From IMG/VR virus record IMGVR_UViG_3300042937_001207: 64,000 nt of DNA; one strand, given 5' to 3'. Numbering within the stretch: position 1 is the first letter of the stretch; each line of letters starts with the position of its first letter. Shown one piece after another: positions 1 to 10,273 of this stretch. The translations under genes were made by a program, and so were the position numbers. This DNA comes from an uncultured virus (IMG/VR IMGVR_UViG_3300042937_001207) (lineage: Duplodnaviria > Heunggongvirae > Uroviricota > Caudoviricetes). Below the pieces are notes generated by a model, which searched no databases, was not told where the DNA came from, and saw nothing but the letters and a program-made list of their open reading frames with translations.

Positions 1-1584
1 GCTATTTGCTCCGATTGTCGTGCTAATTGATGCATTAGCAGAACCATCAAAACTTACCGTTCCTGTTACATCACCAGTTAATTCAATTGTTCGTGAAGTA
101 GCCAACTTTGTTGCAGTGGCGGCATTCCCGGTAGTAGAACCAGAACTTCCAGTTACATTGCCAGTCACATTACCAGTAACATCTCCAGTGACATTTCCAG
201 TGACTGGTGCAGAAACATGTGCAAAAGTAACTGATGAACTAGTTCCCACTGCCTGTCCAATGGCAATTGTAGGACTTGTTCCTTCACCGGGAGTGTGCGT
301 TACGGTTACTCCAGTTCCAGCAGTCACATCATTGACATAATTACCAGTTGTGTCAGTTCCGAGCGTAACGCTATTTGGCTGAATCGTTGCAGTGATGCTT
401 GCATCTGCAGAACCGTTGAATGAAACAGAACCAGAAACATCACCAGCAAGCGAGATAGTCCGTGCTGTCTCAAGTGTTGAAGCCGTTGATGCATTACCAA
501 TCACCGGAGCGGTAACAGCAGCAAAAGTTACTGACGAAGAGGTCGCTACAGCTTGCCCGATTGCGATAGTTGGAGTCGCTGTTTCTCCTGAGTTGTTGGA
601 GAGTGTTATTCCCGTTCCAGCGACAAGTGACGAAACATAATCACCGGAGGTATTCGTTCCGAGTGCAACATCACCAAACGACAAATCTCCCGACCCATTG
701 GTTTTGAGGACCGAACCAGCTGCACCATCAGCACCAACTGCGCTAATAATTGATGCTTCTGTTGTGCCGACAATTGTCGTGAAGTCCAAAACTCCAGAAC
801 CATTTGTAGTAAGCGCCTGTCCGTTGGTTCCATCTCCACCAGCTGCAGAAATAATTGCTGCCGCATCAATGGCTGGAACAGAAGCCCATTCAAGACCTGT
901 TGCCGTTGAAGAGTTTGCCTTTAAATAGGTTCCATTCGCACCAACCGCTAGATTGTCTGCCGCGCCATCAGCGGTTCCGACAATCAAGTCACCCTTAGCG
1001 GTAACCGTATCTAATACGAAGTTGACTACACCACCACCACCTACTTCGACCCATACGTCGTCGTAATAGATAAACATCACGCCGAGGATGGAATCAAACC
1101 ACAAGTCACCAGTAGCTGGAGAAGCTGGAGCAGACTCGCTTACGGTTACGCTTGCGCCACCACCAGTTGGCTCTCCATTCGTCCAGTATGTTCCGTTCCA
1201 CGTAAGAACATCACCAAAAGCAACGGAAGCAGTGGTTACATCGGATAGGTCGTTGAGTAGTCCAACGGTGCTTGCGGTTCCTGGGACAAACTTTGTGCCA
1301 TTAAATTTAAGAACTTGGTCTGAAGTTGCTCCAGTTGGGTCAATTTCTGTTCCAGAAACAAATAGACCAGCGGCCTTAAATGTGTCGTCTGTCTTTAGAA
1401 CATTCGGAGCATCTCTGTAAAGATTCGTGTCTAGGGCGGCATCACCAGAACCCCAAACAATACGGCCACCAGCTTGTATTTGGATTCGTGAATAAACGTC
1501 TTGGTCTACATAGATAGTAAACGCATCGGAGCCAGCGGAAGCAAGTTGGCGAACGGTTATAGGAACTATGAATTTCTGAGCCAC
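1..1584 (-). CDS. tail fibre-like protein (C-terminus outside window)
   Basis: Not in the ORF track. GTG at 1584 after a GAGG RBS, translated as MAQKFIVPITVRQLAS... It contains fibre-type motifs (GDVLTWNGTYW, TGDLWFDS, AKGDLIVGTADG, VTGDVTGNVTGNVTG) and two tandem ~95-aa repeats, and is open to the window edge. Confidence 0.75.
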   Translation of the reverse strand, partial: MAQKFIVPITVRQLASAGSDAFTIYVDQDVYSRIQIQAGGRIVWGSGDAALDTNLYRDAPNVLKTDDTFKAAGLFVSGTEIDPTGATSDQVLKFNGTKFVPGTASTVGLLNDLSDVTTASVAFGDVLTWNGTYWTNGEPTGGGASVTVSESAPASPATGDLWFDSILGVMFIYYDDVWVEVGGGGVVNFVLDTVTAKGDLIVGTADGAADNLAVGANGTYLKANSSTATGLEWASVPAIDAAAIISAAGGDGTNGQALTTNGSGVLDFTTIVGTTEASIISAVGADGAAGSVLKTNGSGDLSFGDVALGTNTSGDYVSSLVAGTGITLSNNSGETATPTIAIGQAVATSSSVTFAAVTAPVIGNASTASTLETARTISLAGDVSGSVSFNGSADASITATIQPNSVTLGTDTTGNYVNDVTAGTGVTVTHTPGEGTSPTIAIGQAVGTSSSVTFAHVSAPVTGNVTGDVTGNVTGNVTGSSGSTTGNAATATKLATSRTIELTGDVTGTVSFDGSANASISTTIGANS

Positions 1585-1642
1585 GACCTCAATCGTTTCT
1601 TTTAGTTCGGCTAGCCCCTCAAGGCTAATCTATGTTTTAAAT

Positions 1643-2941
1643 TTAGCCCGTTACAACGATTCTGTAATCGTTTGCTTGAATGCTTGCGCCAAGAAGCGTT
1701 ACTGTTACGGTGTCGGCATTGTTACGGACGACATCACCAAACACTGTTGCTCCGCTAGAGACTTCAACAATCTGTACGCTCACATCAAGCGTGTCAAAGT
1801 TGTGGGTTACTGTTGTCGTAGAGGTTCCAGAAGCGTTAGCCGCACATCCTTGACTTGCTACGCGGGCAAGTTTTGAGGTGCTTGTTGTGACCGCACCAGC
1901 CGTTGTTTTGATACCGAGGTTCGTGCGGGCACTTGCCGCGTCGCTTGCACCAGTACCACCGTCTGCAACAGCAACATCTGTACCGTTCCAAATACCAGTT
2001 GTAATCGTGCCAAGGGTTGTGATAGTTGACTGACCAACATATGTAGAAGCAATATCTACAGAATCAACATTAACTGTGATGCGGTCTGCTGTACCAACTA
2101 CATCAAGTGTGTTTCCGCTCTTTGTGAGACCAGCGCCAGCAATGACTTGACCAGCACCTGAGAACTGAACGAATGTTAGCCCTGTTGTTCCAAGAGTAAT
2201 CGTGTCGTTTGTTGTAAGAACAAAACCGTTGTCTCCGTTTACTGTACCTTCAGCAACGAAGGTGAACATTCCTGTCGTAACTTTTGCTGATGTATCGGCA
2301 TCAGTTGCGCGAGAGGCGGCACCAGAAGCAACCGCTACATAAATACCGTTTTCAGATGCTGTGCTCTGGTCTTTGAGGAGAACACGGTCACCAGCAACAA
2401 GTGTGACTCCATCAATTACGTCGCCTGCTTCAAGAGCCGAAGCGATTGCCACTGGAGCAACGGAGGCGACTCTTACTGATGCCTTAACATCAAGACCTTG
2501 ACGAGCAGCGTCTACATAACCTTTGGTGGCAATGTGGGCATTATCTGTTGGGTCGGCAACTTTTGCATTACCATTAGCGTCACGCTGAACAATTTTGTTA
2601 GCGGTCGCGTCTGGGGTGGAATCTCCGAGCTTCGTGAAGTCCGAAGCCGACATCAATCCAGCACTAGCCGAGTTGGCTAGGTTCGGAGTAATCGTTATAG
2701 CGCCATTGGATTCATTTATTGTCAGCGAAGTAGCGTGGTCTCCAGCAGCGGTTACGCCAGAAATCATCTTTCGCCAAGCAGAGGCGGTTACGTCGTAAAC
2801 CTTAATTACACCTTCGGTGCTATTGAATATCAGGCGACCATCAAATAGGTCGGTGCTCGGGTCGGTGGCGAGTACTTCAAAAGTACCTTTAATCAGTTGA
2901 TTCTGATTGAGGTCAATATTAGTTAGAAATTTTTGTGCCAT
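1643..2941 (-). CDS. tail fibre-associated structural protein
   Basis: 432 aa, A/T/G/S-rich. Contains the motif ATKGYVD...GLDVKASVRVA...GDRVLLKDQ...ENGIY typical of phage tail-fibre N-termini. Same MAQKF start as the neighbouring gene. Confidence 0.7.
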   Translation of the reverse strand: MAQKFLTNIDLNQNQLIKGTFEVLATDPSTDLFDGRLIFNSTEGVIKVYDVTASAWRKMISGVTAAGDHATSLTINESNGAITITPNLANSASAGLMSASDFTKLGDSTPDATANKIVQRDANGNAKVADPTDNAHIATKGYVDAARQGLDVKASVRVASVAPVAIASALEAGDVIDGVTLVAGDRVLLKDQSTASENGIYVAVASGAASRATDADTSAKVTTGMFTFVAEGTVNGDNGFVLTTNDTITLGTTGLTFVQFSGAGQVIAGAGLTKSGNTLDVVGTADRITVNVDSVDIASTYVGQSTITTLGTITTGIWNGTDVAVADGGTGASDAASARTNLGIKTTAGAVTTSTSKLARVASQGCAANASGTSTTTVTHNFDTLDVSVQIVEVSSGATVFGDVVRNNADTVTVTLLGASIQANDYRIVVTG

Positions 2942-2951
2942 TTTTCCTGCC

Positions 2952-3326
2952 TTATGTCAAATAGGCGTAACCAGAGAAAGGTGCAGTAAAAAACACCGTC
3001 ACCTGGGAATCCGTGCTACCAGTATATTGTACTTCACCAGTAACGTTGGTTTGGGCAGAATCAACCACTGTTACTGATGGTTTTCCACCAAGAGTGTGAT
3101 TAATAACCCAAGTTGATGATGCAGCTTGTTGGGTGTGAACATGTCTACGCGCATTGCCGCCCATCGCAGCAAGTCGAACCTGGACATTATTTGGGGCGTC
3201 TTGGTTGACAATTACAGCGTTAGGAGTGTCCTCGTGGACATTTATCTGATTTACACCGTCTTGCGTTACATTGACAAGATTGGGAATGTCATCAAAAATT
3301 ATGACATTATTTGGGGTGTTACTCAC
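2952..3326 (-). CDS. small tail/fibre-associated protein
   Basis: 124 aa with C-terminal HTQ..ASSTWVINHTLGGKPSVTVVDS...FSGYAYL, a common phage beta-domain. Lies in the tail module. Confidence 0.6.
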   Translation of the reverse strand: MSNTPNNVIIFDDIPNLVNVTQDGVNQINVHEDTPNAVIVNQDAPNNVQVRLAAMGGNARRHVHTQQAASSTWVINHTLGGKPSVTVVDSAQTNVTGEVQYTGSTDSQVTVFFTAPFSGYAYLT

Positions 3327-3721
3327 TTGGTAACCTCTGGGATAAGGGTAAAGGTGCCTCTAACCACTTTTGAAACAAAACCATCCGCAGCAATAACCTC
3401 GAGGTCGTAGACGCCACTGGTTGTAATTGATGCCGTAACTGCATCGCTCAAGAATACGTGAATCTGGTTATTTGCTGAGGCGGGATTTATTTCAAGCCTG
3501 CCCGGAGCGCTTGCAGAAAACGAATTAATGTTGACAATTGTTGTGTCTGAGTCAATTGTTCTCCGTATTTGCATTCTGGCAGAATGACCAGATAGGTCAT
3601 AATTTTCAAAAGTGTTCCCTGTGGGGTCAGCTATTAGGTCTGGTTGCTCTATTTTAAAAACACGAAGGAACGTAGAACCCTGTTCACACGTCATATTGTA
3701 AATTCCTGCAATCATTGACAT
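3323..3721 (-). CDS. BppU-like baseplate/fibre adaptor protein
   Basis: 132 aa with EQGSTF...YDLSGHSARMQIR...GVYDLEV...VVRGTFTLIPEVT pattern. Confidence 0.65.
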   Translation of the reverse strand: MSMIAGIYNMTCEQGSTFLRVFKIEQPDLIADPTGNTFENYDLSGHSARMQIRRTIDSDTTIVNINSFSASAPGRLEINPASANNQIHVFLSDAVTASITTSGVYDLEVIAADGFVSKVVRGTFTLIPEVTK

Positions 3722-3813
3722 ACTCTCCTAGATGTACACCCATCAAAGTTTAGGCTATTTGCCTTGACACAAATGGAACCCTTAAGGTAATGTTTTTAAA
3801 AAACTTTTAATGT

Positions 3814-4068
3814 TTACTCCTCATCCTCGCCAAAACCTTCATCCATGAAGCTGTTCTCTCCACTCAAAACCATGTCCTCTGCGGCCCTCAGCATCCCTGA
3901 GGCAAGCCATGGGGTCATTGAGTTTGAACAAGATATTGAAAGCTCGCTTCCAGATTCACTAATTATTTCGGCAACGATTACAAAATTTGATACAAGTTTG
4001 TTTGGGAGCGCATCTCTGACAAAAGAGTCAAAATCGTTTTTTATGTTTTTACTCTCATCTTCTTCCAT
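3814..4068 (-). CDS. hypothetical acidic protein
   Basis: 84-aa ORF co-oriented with the operon, with a GGGG RBS-like sequence upstream. Confidence 0.55.
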   Translation of the reverse strand: MEEDESKNIKNDFDSFVRDALPNKLVSNFVIVAEIISESGSELSISCSNSMTPWLASGMLRAAEDMVLSGENSFMDEGFGEDEE

Positions 4069-4076
4069 GTTTCCCC

Positions 4077-5318
4077 TTATGTTAATACATGTGTTATTTG
4101 CACTCCGATAGGCTTCGCATAAGAAATTGCTTCATTTATAACATCTAAAGATTCTCCAACCTTTTCTACTGAAGCTCCATATGTTTGCTCCCATGGAGTC
4201 TCAATCAGAACAGTAAAAGGCCCCTGGTGTTGGAGAGTGATTGAAACCTCTTGTGCGCCAATCATCAATCTCTTCACCGACTCTTCAACTGCTGAAATCG
4301 AGCCAGCATTAATGCCGTAGTAACCATTTGCAGCCTGCCACTGCAGGAATTCTGTTTGCAGTTCTGCCGTATTTTGTGGAGGTTCAAGAAGGGCTGATGT
4401 TGTAAATCTCAAAGCGTCTCCGCCGTTCAAAGTACTGGAACCATCACCCTCTGTTGCTCCAAGAATAAATGGGTCAGATGGGTCGGTACTTGATTCAAGT
4501 TTTGATATTGGTTCTGTACCAGCAAATTGAGCAAGCCATTTTAGTTCATCTAGTTCAGCCACATCAGGGTTTACAAGATAACTCTTTGTTCTGTCGTCGC
4601 TTTCGTCATAACCTTCAGATATATCGTAATACTGAAAAGAAAAAGACTGCTTTAAGGCCCTGTCAAGACCCTCAAACGCAACATCAGTAAAACGCTGTAA
4701 TGCAAAATCTGGGTTTTGTTGAATTTGCTCAGTATCAAGATACTCTGTTGGGATATACCTAGACATCTGAAGAAACACTTCACTGAATCTCCCAGCGTCA
4801 GCAGAAGTGCATAGCACTGGACTTGTAAAATACAAATCCTGTGACTGATTGTTTGGTATGAATTCTATTTCAATCGAAACAACTGGATGCCCACCGTTGT
4901 AACTTGGGGCATACATTTCGTTTGTTCTATAGACTCTCCAAGCTGGATTTTCCAGAGAGCTAGAATACAAAGAACTTGTTGCCGGAGGAATCTCAAAATT
5001 TGTAAGACCAAAAGACTCAATTGAGCTGCCGTCGTCAAATATTTTTATATTAATTTTACCGCCAGCTGGCATGTTTGCGCCAAATGTCAACTGGGCTGCA
5101 TGTTGGTAATCAGATATGTCCATTGCAACCGCGTCAATGCTTATATAGCAAGCACTTGCAGTTGGCGTAATCTTTATTTGCTTAAATTCACTACTTGTTC
5201 TAAGGTCGGAAACTGAAAGATTGTCATACGAAGCCCCAGATATATACCACTCACCCGAATCTCCAAGAGTGGACAGTGTTGAAGCAGCCCCTGTTAGACG
5301 ATTAAAAACTGCTGCCAT
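4077..5318 (-). CDS. baseplate wedge protein (P2 gpI-like C-terminal domain)
   Basis: Follows baseplate J. Motifs LVNPDVAELDELKWLAQFAG, AGSISAVEESVK and C-terminal YAKPIGVQITH. Confidence 0.65.
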   Translation of the reverse strand: MAAVFNRLTGAASTLSTLGDSGEWYISGASYDNLSVSDLRTSSEFKQIKITPTASACYISIDAVAMDISDYQHAAQLTFGANMPAGGKINIKIFDDGSSIESFGLTNFEIPPATSSLYSSSLENPAWRVYRTNEMYAPSYNGGHPVVSIEIEFIPNNQSQDLYFTSPVLCTSADAGRFSEVFLQMSRYIPTEYLDTEQIQQNPDFALQRFTDVAFEGLDRALKQSFSFQYYDISEGYDESDDRTKSYLVNPDVAELDELKWLAQFAGTEPISKLESSTDPSDPFILGATEGDGSSTLNGGDALRFTTSALLEPPQNTAELQTEFLQWQAANGYYGINAGSISAVEESVKRLMIGAQEVSITLQHQGPFTVLIETPWEQTYGASVEKVGESLDVINEAISYAKPIGVQITHVLT

Positions 5319-6820
5319 TACAGAACAACTACTTCAACTATTGCCTGAGGCAAGCTTCCTGCATAGATTGAATCGTAAGAAGTCACAGTCGTTCCGCTTG
5401 TTATTTCCTGAACCAGAAGATTGTTTCCGTATGGAGCATCTGGATACGAGGTAATTGATGTAGAAAAGCTAGAAACATATTGAACGCCTTCAACAGATAG
5501 AGACCTTCCGACTAAGTCAAAAATTCTAATTGACGAGTCAAATTGTGGCCATTGGTCTGGTGAAACATAAGATTCAAGTTCTGTTTTTAAGTCAGAAGAA
5601 ACTGTTGTTGAGTTGTAACCAGCACGCACGGCTATGGTCACCTGAATATTCAAATAAAATACAGATGCGTCAATAACATCAAAAATTAAACCAGCTACGA
5701 CGCGGTCTGTAATGTCTGATTTAATTAAATTTTTTGTAGTTCTTCCAACTGGGAGTCCGTCTTCGCCAAGTACAAAAATTGCGAAGTACCCTGGTTCTGG
5801 ATTGTTTTCAGTATAGCTTGACAGAAGCGTATCCATCATCACGACATCTACTAGATTTCCGGACATTGCAGAGGCCGAAATATTGTCGGTATATGTCAAT
5901 AGGGATTGTGCGCTATTAAGCGATAGACCGTTTGTCGTTGTTGTGTAAACACCACTTGGAAATATATCTGAGTATGTTGAGTCTCCATAAAATTCTGGAG
6001 TTATCATTCGATACGTTGTTCCTGGATGGGCAGATGCGGATGACGCAAAAGCTTGATTGACATACGCACTTGCTGATGTACCAAAATGATAAGCACTAGC
6101 GGATGTTGCAGTAAATGCAGTTGGTTTAACTAGGTCATAAACTTTGCATCTTTTTACATTTGAATAATTTAACAGAACATAGTTTTCAATCTGTGTTGCA
6201 GTATTTAGGGTTGAGCTTAGTGACTGCAGATATGTAGCTGCCCTGTTAAGGAACTGCGTTTCTGTTTCGCTGCTGTCTCCTTGAGTTACAACCGATGTTG
6301 TTGTGCAAGAGAATATGATTGCGCTTGGGGAGGCTGGCAAAAACTGAGTTCCTACAGATATTGAAGGTATTACCCCATTTATCAACGATGTTAAAGTAAC
6401 AGAAATTGTTGTTTCTGCCTCTTCGGCAGTAGCTGCCGTATTCAAAACAAATGGAAGCTGTATTACTTGTGAGCCGTCAAAATAATCATAAACAAAAAGT
6501 GTTCCAGCATCTACAGTTTGACCTGCATCAAAAAATTCAATTTCTACATCAACCGTTCCAGTCGTTGACTCTATTCTGGTAACACCCATAATTTTTAAAA
6601 TGCCTTCAACCAAACCGTTTGGAAGTCTGTTGATTGCGCCTATTGACAATGCCCCAACATACGCTCCGGCTTGCAAAATTGCATCTTCTATTGTGCCGGG
6701 TCGTGGGTTGAATTCGGGCAAAGCTAATTGAGCATAAGCAACAGCATCTTGATAAACAGAAGCTGGTTGTTCGTCAAAACCAGTAAAATTTATATATGTA
6801 CTAAAATCAGGTGAAGGCAT
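5318..6820 (-). CDS. baseplate J-like protein
   Basis: 500 aa with LPEFNPRPGTIE..., GDSSETETQFLNR and C-terminal SVEGVQYV. Position between gp25-like and gpI-like genes. Confidence 0.85.
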   Translation of the reverse strand: MPSPDFSTYINFTGFDEQPASVYQDAVAYAQLALPEFNPRPGTIEDAILQAGAYVGALSIGAINRLPNGLVEGILKIMGVTRIESTTGTVDVEIEFFDAGQTVDAGTLFVYDYFDGSQVIQLPFVLNTAATAEEAETTISVTLTSLINGVIPSISVGTQFLPASPSAIIFSCTTTSVVTQGDSSETETQFLNRAATYLQSLSSTLNTATQIENYVLLNYSNVKRCKVYDLVKPTAFTATSASAYHFGTSASAYVNQAFASSASAHPGTTYRMITPEFYGDSTYSDIFPSGVYTTTTNGLSLNSAQSLLTYTDNISASAMSGNLVDVVMMDTLLSSYTENNPEPGYFAIFVLGEDGLPVGRTTKNLIKSDITDRVVAGLIFDVIDASVFYLNIQVTIAVRAGYNSTTVSSDLKTELESYVSPDQWPQFDSSIRIFDLVGRSLSVEGVQYVSSFSTSITSYPDAPYGNNLLVQEITSGTTVTSYDSIYAGSLPQAIVEVVVL

Positions 6821-6825
6821 TTGTC

Positions 6826-7122
6826 CTACAATTCATAAGAGACATTTATTCTATCCGAACCATTTGAATCCGGTCTTCCCCTGTCAATCGAGGTTATGAT
6901 TATCTCTGGCCAAAAAGCATTGATGGATTGTCTAAATCCCTGAGGCTCGCCGGATTCAAATGTTGGGTCAATTGTCCCATATGAAGGCTCAAGCGGGTGT
7001 TCACCTGGGGTAGTGCGAATTGTAAGCGCTATAACCTGGTCGTATTGTGCGGTGTCGCCGTCTTCAATTAACTCAGCTTTACCAGACTGGTCAAATGTGA
7101 GTGGAAATTTTAGCATAGGCAT
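6826..7122 (-). CDS. gp25/gpW-like baseplate wedge protein
   Basis: 98 aa with TTPGEHPLEPSYG motif and FWPEI. Confidence 0.8.
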   Translation of the reverse strand: MPMLKFPLTFDQSGKAELIEDGDTAQYDQVIALTIRTTPGEHPLEPSYGTIDPTFESGEPQGFRQSINAFWPEIIITSIDRGRPDSNGSDRINVSYEL

Positions 7123-7140
7123 ATATACATTCTCTCATTC

Positions 7141-7521
7141 TTAATCAAAGTTTGCTTGAACCCAGGCTTTTAGCTCAAGTATTTCGTCATCAACATATTT
7201 TTTTGTTGCTGCATCTGATGCTAGTACTGGGTCGTCAATGCCGGAAATCCTTTTATTTGTTGACTGAGCACCAAAAACTGCAAGTTCTGTTTTGGCCCCA
7301 TCAAGGAAACCTACCAAAACGCTGTCGCCAATTGATGGGTATTTTGAAAAAACTTTACATGGACCGAATATCTGGTTCTGTGCAAGCTTTGGAACGTTTA
7401 CAAAAACTCCTCCGCTTATTCTAACAACCCGACCAACAAAAACACTGTTTGGGATTAATGGAGAACTGCTTGCTTTTGAAGAGTTTGATACTGAGTATCT
7501 TGGAGTTGAAGGTACTAACAT
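7141..7521 (-). CDS. putative baseplate spike/OB-fold protein
   Basis: GRVVR...VPKL...PSIGDSVLVGFLDG resembles the gp5/gpV N-terminal OB fold. Confidence 0.6.
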   Translation of the reverse strand: MLVPSTPRYSVSNSSKASSSPLIPNSVFVGRVVRISGGVFVNVPKLAQNQIFGPCKVFSKYPSIGDSVLVGFLDGAKTELAVFGAQSTNKRISGIDDPVLASDAATKKYVDDEILELKAWVQANFD

Positions 7522-7526
7522 TTTTC

Positions 7527-9026
7527 CTACTCTGTTGGTTTTTTCTGGTCTTTTGGTTTTTGTGGAGTATTGAAATTTATCTGCACGGGTTGAGAGTCAA
7601 ATTCAGAAAATGAAACACCGCTCACTATGTATCCACCTTTAAAGAACTCTGGCATGCCCGAAAAATAAACCGTGTGCCCTGGTCGTATCAATCTTCCATT
7701 TGGGGATTTTAATGTAGCCGTACCATCCCCCTCTAGGCCATCATTTTCTGACCTTCTTATTTCTGGCCATGTTGTCAGCTCAAAAGCTTTTGACTCTACT
7801 TTTGTAATTAACTTTTCTGCCACTATTCCAGTATCGTCATAAACCATTGATGACGGTCCTCCCCCGCTAGGCGAATATGAATATATTGTTGTTTCTACTT
7901 CGGTATCAACAGCACCGTTATTTGGCAAATTTGGGTTGTATACCAAATCAATATATTTTTGAGTTGTTCCCTTTTTTGATAGCTTTGAAGATAGCCCAAA
8001 TTTCCAAAGCATCCATTGAAGAGAGCCGTAAATTAGCTGCCCATCTACTTCAAATAATTGATATTGGTTTTGTCCAGCTGCCTCGCCCAGAACATTCCAC
8101 ACCGAACTGTCTGCACCGCTTGATGTCCTTGCCTTGAAAAGTGCTTGTTGTTTTCCAGTTTTTTGGCCAATAAAAGGCATGCTGTAACGTCTTGCAACAG
8201 ATTGAGCGTATTCAAAACCATTTGTTCCTGCAATTAGTTCTGGTTTTTTATCTCTTTTCATCAACTGAACATTTTTTGGCCAACACCTAATGCTTACAAC
8301 AGGTGACCCGCCAGAGCCGGGAGAAGTTGAAACCTCACCAACTTCGTATGACCTGCCTCGATAGAGGACATCTCTTCTTAAGTCAAAATATCTATTTTCT
8401 AAAATACTGTAGTTAGTGTCTAGATATTGAACTGAAACCTCGGTTGATGCGTTAGATGAGTAACTTACTGTCAGTGATGTCATTCTTCTAGCAAGAGTTT
8501 CTGATTCACTTTGCCTAAGTCCAGTTATGTTAAATATTGATAGTATTCCTTGTATATCTGTTCTATCTGATATTGCATAATCATTTCCATCATATGCAGA
8601 TGAATTTAATTTGATTAAAGCATTTACTCTTGCCTGTTCTAATTCTGAAAGCTTTTCGGCAGCTATGACAGCTATAAGTTTTGATTCAAAGACTCCGTTT
8701 GATGATTTATACTGTTTCTTTGCTTTTTCAAATATGCCCAAATGAAGGCCATCTTTTTGATACTGAGCCCAAGCTTGCGCTTCTGTGTAAACGGTTTTGC
8801 CGTCTGAACTCAATAATGGTAAATTTATGTCACGAAGTTCGCCGTTTATTCTTTTTGTTAAAGTAGCTGTTATTAGAGTTGAAACATCTGGCCCAGCTGG
8901 GTCAATTACGATTGAGCCATCAGTTTTTTTTCGTGTTCTAATCTGAGGCCTAGCAAGTACATTTATATTTCCAGCGATAATTGGTTCTGGTTCGGAAGGA
9001 TATCCTTCATAAATTGATTGTGCCAT
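7527..9026 (-). CDS. putative baseplate hub (gpD/gp27-like) with N-terminal extra domain
   Basis: C-terminal LIRPGHTVYFSGM...GGYIVSGV, an SSVWNVL...LFEVDGQLIYG motif, and gene order. Confidence 0.6.
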   Translation of the reverse strand: MAQSIYEGYPSEPEPIIAGNINVLARPQIRTRKKTDGSIVIDPAGPDVSTLITATLTKRINGELRDINLPLLSSDGKTVYTEAQAWAQYQKDGLHLGIFEKAKKQYKSSNGVFESKLIAVIAAEKLSELEQARVNALIKLNSSAYDGNDYAISDRTDIQGILSIFNITGLRQSESETLARRMTSLTVSYSSNASTEVSVQYLDTNYSILENRYFDLRRDVLYRGRSYEVGEVSTSPGSGGSPVVSIRCWPKNVQLMKRDKKPELIAGTNGFEYAQSVARRYSMPFIGQKTGKQQALFKARTSSGADSSVWNVLGEAAGQNQYQLFEVDGQLIYGSLQWMLWKFGLSSKLSKKGTTQKYIDLVYNPNLPNNGAVDTEVETTIYSYSPSGGGPSSMVYDDTGIVAEKLITKVESKAFELTTWPEIRRSENDGLEGDGTATLKSPNGRLIRPGHTVYFSGMPEFFKGGYIVSGVSFSEFDSQPVQINFNTPQKPKDQKKPTE

Positions 9027-9032
9027 TTGTTA

Positions 9033-10271
9033 TCAGATATTCTGAACTATTTCTTGAAGTGTTACTTTTCTTATGTCTTGACCGTATTCTGTCCACAATT
9101 TTGTTAGGTATGATACTGCTTTTTGATAAGCAGCTGAATCGCTTGTTCCTATCTCCCTATTGTACAAATCTTGATTGCTAGATTTTAATCCATACAGGTA
9201 TTTGGCAACTTGGTCTTTGGTTAATGGTCCAACGCCGTCGTAGGCCAATACGGTTGCGTCAATGGTCACAACTTTATCTGGTTTATTTGCCGTTTTTGTT
9301 GTTGATGTAGCAGTGTTTCCAGTATTTGTGTATGAGCTTGGAATTACAGTTGGAACCCATGCACTGGATGAGGCAATTGCTGAAGTAACAGTATATATTG
9401 CATCGCCAGAAGCAATTGCAGTATCAACTAAAAACCCACCACCGGGGCTGCGATATGTAAATTTTGTTGGAGTCACTGAACTTACAGTTATCTGAACTGG
9501 GGCTCCACCAGCGTTTAGAGCAAGTATTGATGGCGCAAGAGATTGCATCATTGTTATCTTTACATATGTGCCGCTTTTTAAACCATGGTTCGTTGCTGTA
9601 GTTGCAACTGTGATTCCAGTGCTCGTTCCCTGTATTCTAATTATGCTATTAGTTGTTCCATCTGGTGGTGTCTTGTCTCCATCTGGTCCAGTTCCCGTAG
9701 TACTGCTTAAACTAGCACCCTTGGGTATTGTGTATGTAAATTTAGGCAGTTGGATAAATCTTTCCGTTTTTGCAATTGATTCGACAAGTGACATATTGCA
9801 AGTAACTGCTGTTGCCTGACCGGACTCGTTTACCCTAGTTACTTGAAATGTAATGGAATCTATATTCCATGTCTTTGTAGCCAAAGCAGAATGCACATTA
9901 TAAAATTGAACCGGCCGTGCTTCATTTGCAAAATCTTGCAAAAGTGTTATATGCGAATCAATTGAACTACCAAGTGAGTCGTATGGGACTGCTATTAAAA
10001 ACTCAAAACTGCATCTTTCAAGCTTCTGCGAAGTTGCATCAACTAATGGAAGATTTAATGGCCTTGGAATTTCTGTATAAAGAACGCCACTTGAATCGTG
10101 GGTAAATGTTGATATGCCAAAATGAAACTCGTATTGAAGCGGTGTGTCAGTGCCCAAATTTATTTGTTGCATCGAGCGTATTAAGGTCTTAGTAGAAACA
10201 GTTGTAACCGGTGTTCTCTCTCTAACTTTTATTGATGTAGTAGTTGAGCGCCGTATTCTAGAGATGGCCAT
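9033..10271 (-). CDS. putative tail tube initiator/baseplate protein
   Basis: Likely start MAISRIRR at 10271, immediately after the tape measure gene. N-terminal EIPRPLNLPLV...LERCSFEFL...WNIDSITFQV pattern. Confidence 0.55.
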   Translation of the reverse strand: MAISRIRRSTTTSIKVRERTPVTTVSTKTLIRSMQQINLGTDTPLQYEFHFGISTFTHDSSGVLYTEIPRPLNLPLVDATSQKLERCSFEFLIAVPYDSLGSSIDSHITLLQDFANEARPVQFYNVHSALATKTWNIDSITFQVTRVNESGQATAVTCNMSLVESIAKTERFIQLPKFTYTIPKGASLSSTTGTGPDGDKTPPDGTTNSIIRIQGTSTGITVATTATNHGLKSGTYVKITMMQSLAPSILALNAGGAPVQITVSSVTPTKFTYRSPGGGFLVDTAIASGDAIYTVTSAIASSSAWVPTVIPSSYTNTGNTATSTTKTANKPDKVVTIDATVLAYDGVGPLTKDQVAKYLYGLKSSNQDLYNREIGTSDSAAYQKAVSYLTKLWTEYGQDIRKVTLQEIVQNI

Positions 10272-10273
10272 AA

